A DNA stretch of 64,000 nucleotides from the NCBI GenBank assembly GCA_038087875.1, contig CM075981.1:19282001-19346000 (forward strand), written 5' to 3'. Of the stretch, positions 61,190 through 64,000 are shown piece after piece. This DNA is from Malacoraja senta (taxonomy: Eukaryota). The translations under genes were made by a program, and so were the position numbers. Below the pieces are notes generated by a model that searched no databases, had not been told where the DNA came from, and was given only the letters and a program-made list of their open reading frames with translations. Position 1 is the stretch's first letter. Each line of letters begins with the position of its first letter.

Positions 61190-61707
61190 TCATCAACGTT
61201 CTATGGGTGAGAAACAGTTTGATTTTTTTTAACATTTTGAAATTTTTTATGTCTTTTACCAATAAAGCAGGGAAACGATGAACCAATTTTTCTAATTTTC
61301 CAAACATTTACCAAAAAAAATTCCAAGTGGAGGAGGAAAAAACCTACTGGAATATGTAAAAATTGTTCCGTTTCGGAGGAGGAGATTCACAAACGCCTGA
61401 AACGAATATTCGCGAAATGGAACCGGACAAACCAACACAAGAGTTTTAAATATGTATAGATAGATAGATAAGATCATTACACTTCAAATGTTGAACTGTC
61501 GTGGCTCAGCAATCGAGAGTGAAGGTTGTTCCTCAGGTTCGACCTTCTGAGGACTAGTTGGCAATTATGCAGGCCTACATATAAGCTGGTTACAACTACA
61601 ATGTTTCAAAGAGGAAAGCAAGTTAGACACAGCCGTGGTGTCATAGATAGAGTATAGGCTCAATACCAGACTCTTGAAACTCCTGAAACGGACACTGTTC
61701 CAAGCTC

Positions 61708-64000
61708 TTTTTTTTTTAATTTTTTTTTTAAAATATTTTTATTTTATTAGAAGTAAGTACAATTGTATACAATCATATTTTCATAATACCTTTTATGTAC
61801 AGCTTCTTATTTTTTTAATTTTTTGAAATAAAGAAGAAAAAGAAAAAAGTTAGATAATGAAAAATAGAAAAATGTGAGATATATAGTGTGTGAAAAAGAA
61901 AAATAAAGAATGAAATAAGAAAGTTGAGACATAGAAACTAGAAGAAAGAGAATAAATGAAAAGAAGAGAAGAAAAGAAAATAGAAGGAGATCATTTATAA
62001 TCTTGACCATCCGCAGTCACGGATTAGCTTTTACACCTGTTTTGCACCATACGTTTCCAAAAAGACGACAAATGGAGACCAACTCGTTATGAATTGGTCA
62101 AATTTATCTATTAGGAGGAATCGCATTTCCTCAAGATGTGCGGTATCCAACATACTTGCAATCCACATTTTGAGCATTGGTATTGGTGTATTTTTCCAAA
62201 ATTTCAATATTAATTTTTTTGCTATTATTAAACCATAATTAAAAATTGACTTTTGAGATGAGCTCAATTTGTTCCCGTCTTCCATTACCCCAAATATAAT
62301 CAATTCATTATTGGGTTCCATTTTTGTCTTAAATAATTTTGTAAATATTTCGAAAATATCACTCCAAAATCCATGAAGTTTTATACAAGAAACAAAAGAG
62401 TGTGTTATAGTTGCTTCTTGGATTAAACATTTATCGCAAATGGGCGATATATTTGGATAAAATTTATTTAATCTTGTTTTTGAGTAATATAATCTATGTA
62501 AAATTTTAAATTGGATTAGATTATGTCTTGCGTTAATCGAACACTTGTGAATGTATGTCAAATACTTTTTCCCATGTAGCCTTCGTAATTTTTATCAATA
62601 ATTCCCGTTCCCACTCTTCTCTAATTACCTCGGTCACAGGTAAATCTATATTTAAGATACTATTATATAAATATGCTATTAATTTTTGTGTATCAGCTTT
62701 TATATTCATTACTTCTTCTAGTAAATCAGGAGTTATTTTTTGATATCCCTGTATGTATGTCTTCAAAAAATTACAAATCTGAAAATATTTAAAATAATGA
62801 GTGTTTTTCAGTTTAAATTTTAATTGTAATTGTTGAAATGATAATAAATCTCCCATTTCATACATATCCCCGATCCTTTTAATTCCTAAACTTTCCCATT
62901 GATTATATATTTTATCCATCATAGATGGTTTAAATAAAGGATTATTCGCTATCGGTGTTAACAATGATAGGTTTCTTAATTTTAAGGATAGTTTTATTTG
63001 TTTCCATATTCTTATTGTATCTTGTATAATTGGGTTTTTCTTATATATTGTATTGTTCATTTTTTTCGGGGAGAAGAGGATTGTTCCTATATTACAAGGA
63101 TAACAATCCTCTTTCTCCATTTTTATCCATTCTGTCTGTTGAGTTGAACTATCCAACCAGTAAATTATATTCTTAATATGTATTGCCCAATAGTAATACA
63201 AAAAATTAGGGAGTGAAAGTCCCCCGACATCTTTTGGTTTACATAAGTGTTCTTTTTTAATTCTATGTGATTTGTAATCCCAAACAAAATTAGTAATATT
63301 AGCATTCAGTTTAGAGAAGAAATATTTTGGTACATATACTGGTATAGATTGAAATAAGTATAATAACTGTGGTAAGAAGCTCATTTTAATAGCATTTATT
63401 CTGCCTATTAATGATAAAGGGAGTGTTTTCCAAAATTTTATCATTATATTAAGTTTATTTATTAAGGGTATAAAATTAGCATTGAATAAAGCTTTATGTT
63501 TTCTAGTAATCTGTATACCCAGATATTTGAATTTTTCTGTTGCTATTTTAAAGGGGAATTTCAATAAGTGTGTGGATTCTTGAGGTTTTAACGTCATAAT
63601 TTCACTTTTGTTCCAATTTATTCTATACCCTGAAAAGGACCCAAATTCCTCTATTAAATTTAATAAATTTGGTATACTCGTTTGTGAATTTGTTATATAT
63701 AACAAAATATCGTCTGCATACAATGAAATTTTATTATTTGAGTCCCTAGTATTATAACCCTGAATATTCGGATGGCTTCTTATACTTTCAGCCAGAGGTT
63801 CTATCATAAGGGCAAATAGCAGGGGTGATAAAGCACATCCCTGCCTATTACCCCTTGATAATTGAATTTTTTGAGATAACATGCTGTTAGTTAATATTCT
63901 TGCCATCGGTTTATCATATAATAATTTCACCCATGCAATAAAATTCTCTCCCATATTAAATTTTTGTAATACTATGTATAAATACTGCCATTCTACCTGA
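61708..64000 (-). mobile_element. L1 ORF2 3' part to poly-A, one frameshift, runs off window end
   Basis: ORFs 62533-63954 (QGCALSP, YADD) and 62031-62561 (CDKC...HSFVSC). T-rich tail at 61708-61740. Confidence 0.93.

Overview
Eukaryotic genomic DNA, not prokaryotic. The CR1 subfamilies, tRNA-derived SINEs and Penelope repeats suggest a cartilaginous fish, probably a skate or ray (inference). Most of the window is nested, degraded retroelements: many CR1 LINEs, five L1 copies (one full-length with a target-site duplication), Tx1-like and Rex1/Babar fragments, Penelope-like elements with hammerhead motifs, and two structurally complete DIRS tyrosine-recombinase retrotransposons with broken ORFs. 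The host sequence between them is a CD2/SLAM-family immune-receptor locus. A + strand gene shows a cysteine-free IgV exon (10219-10536) and a 4-Cys IgC2 exon (13942-14223), but I found no leader or transmembrane exon. A convergent - strand paralog shows a transmembrane exon (52418-52516) and a short terminal exon (48945-48994), and its IgC2 exon appears deleted. Between them is a tandem duplication (31219-40131 / 40132-48475) that preserves filled and empty insertion sites side by side. A TDP2-like first exon (UBA-like domain) lies at 57274-57525. Two N gaps (50403-50583, 56628-56827) limit conclusions about long-range adjacency. All comparisons were made by eye and no database searches were run.
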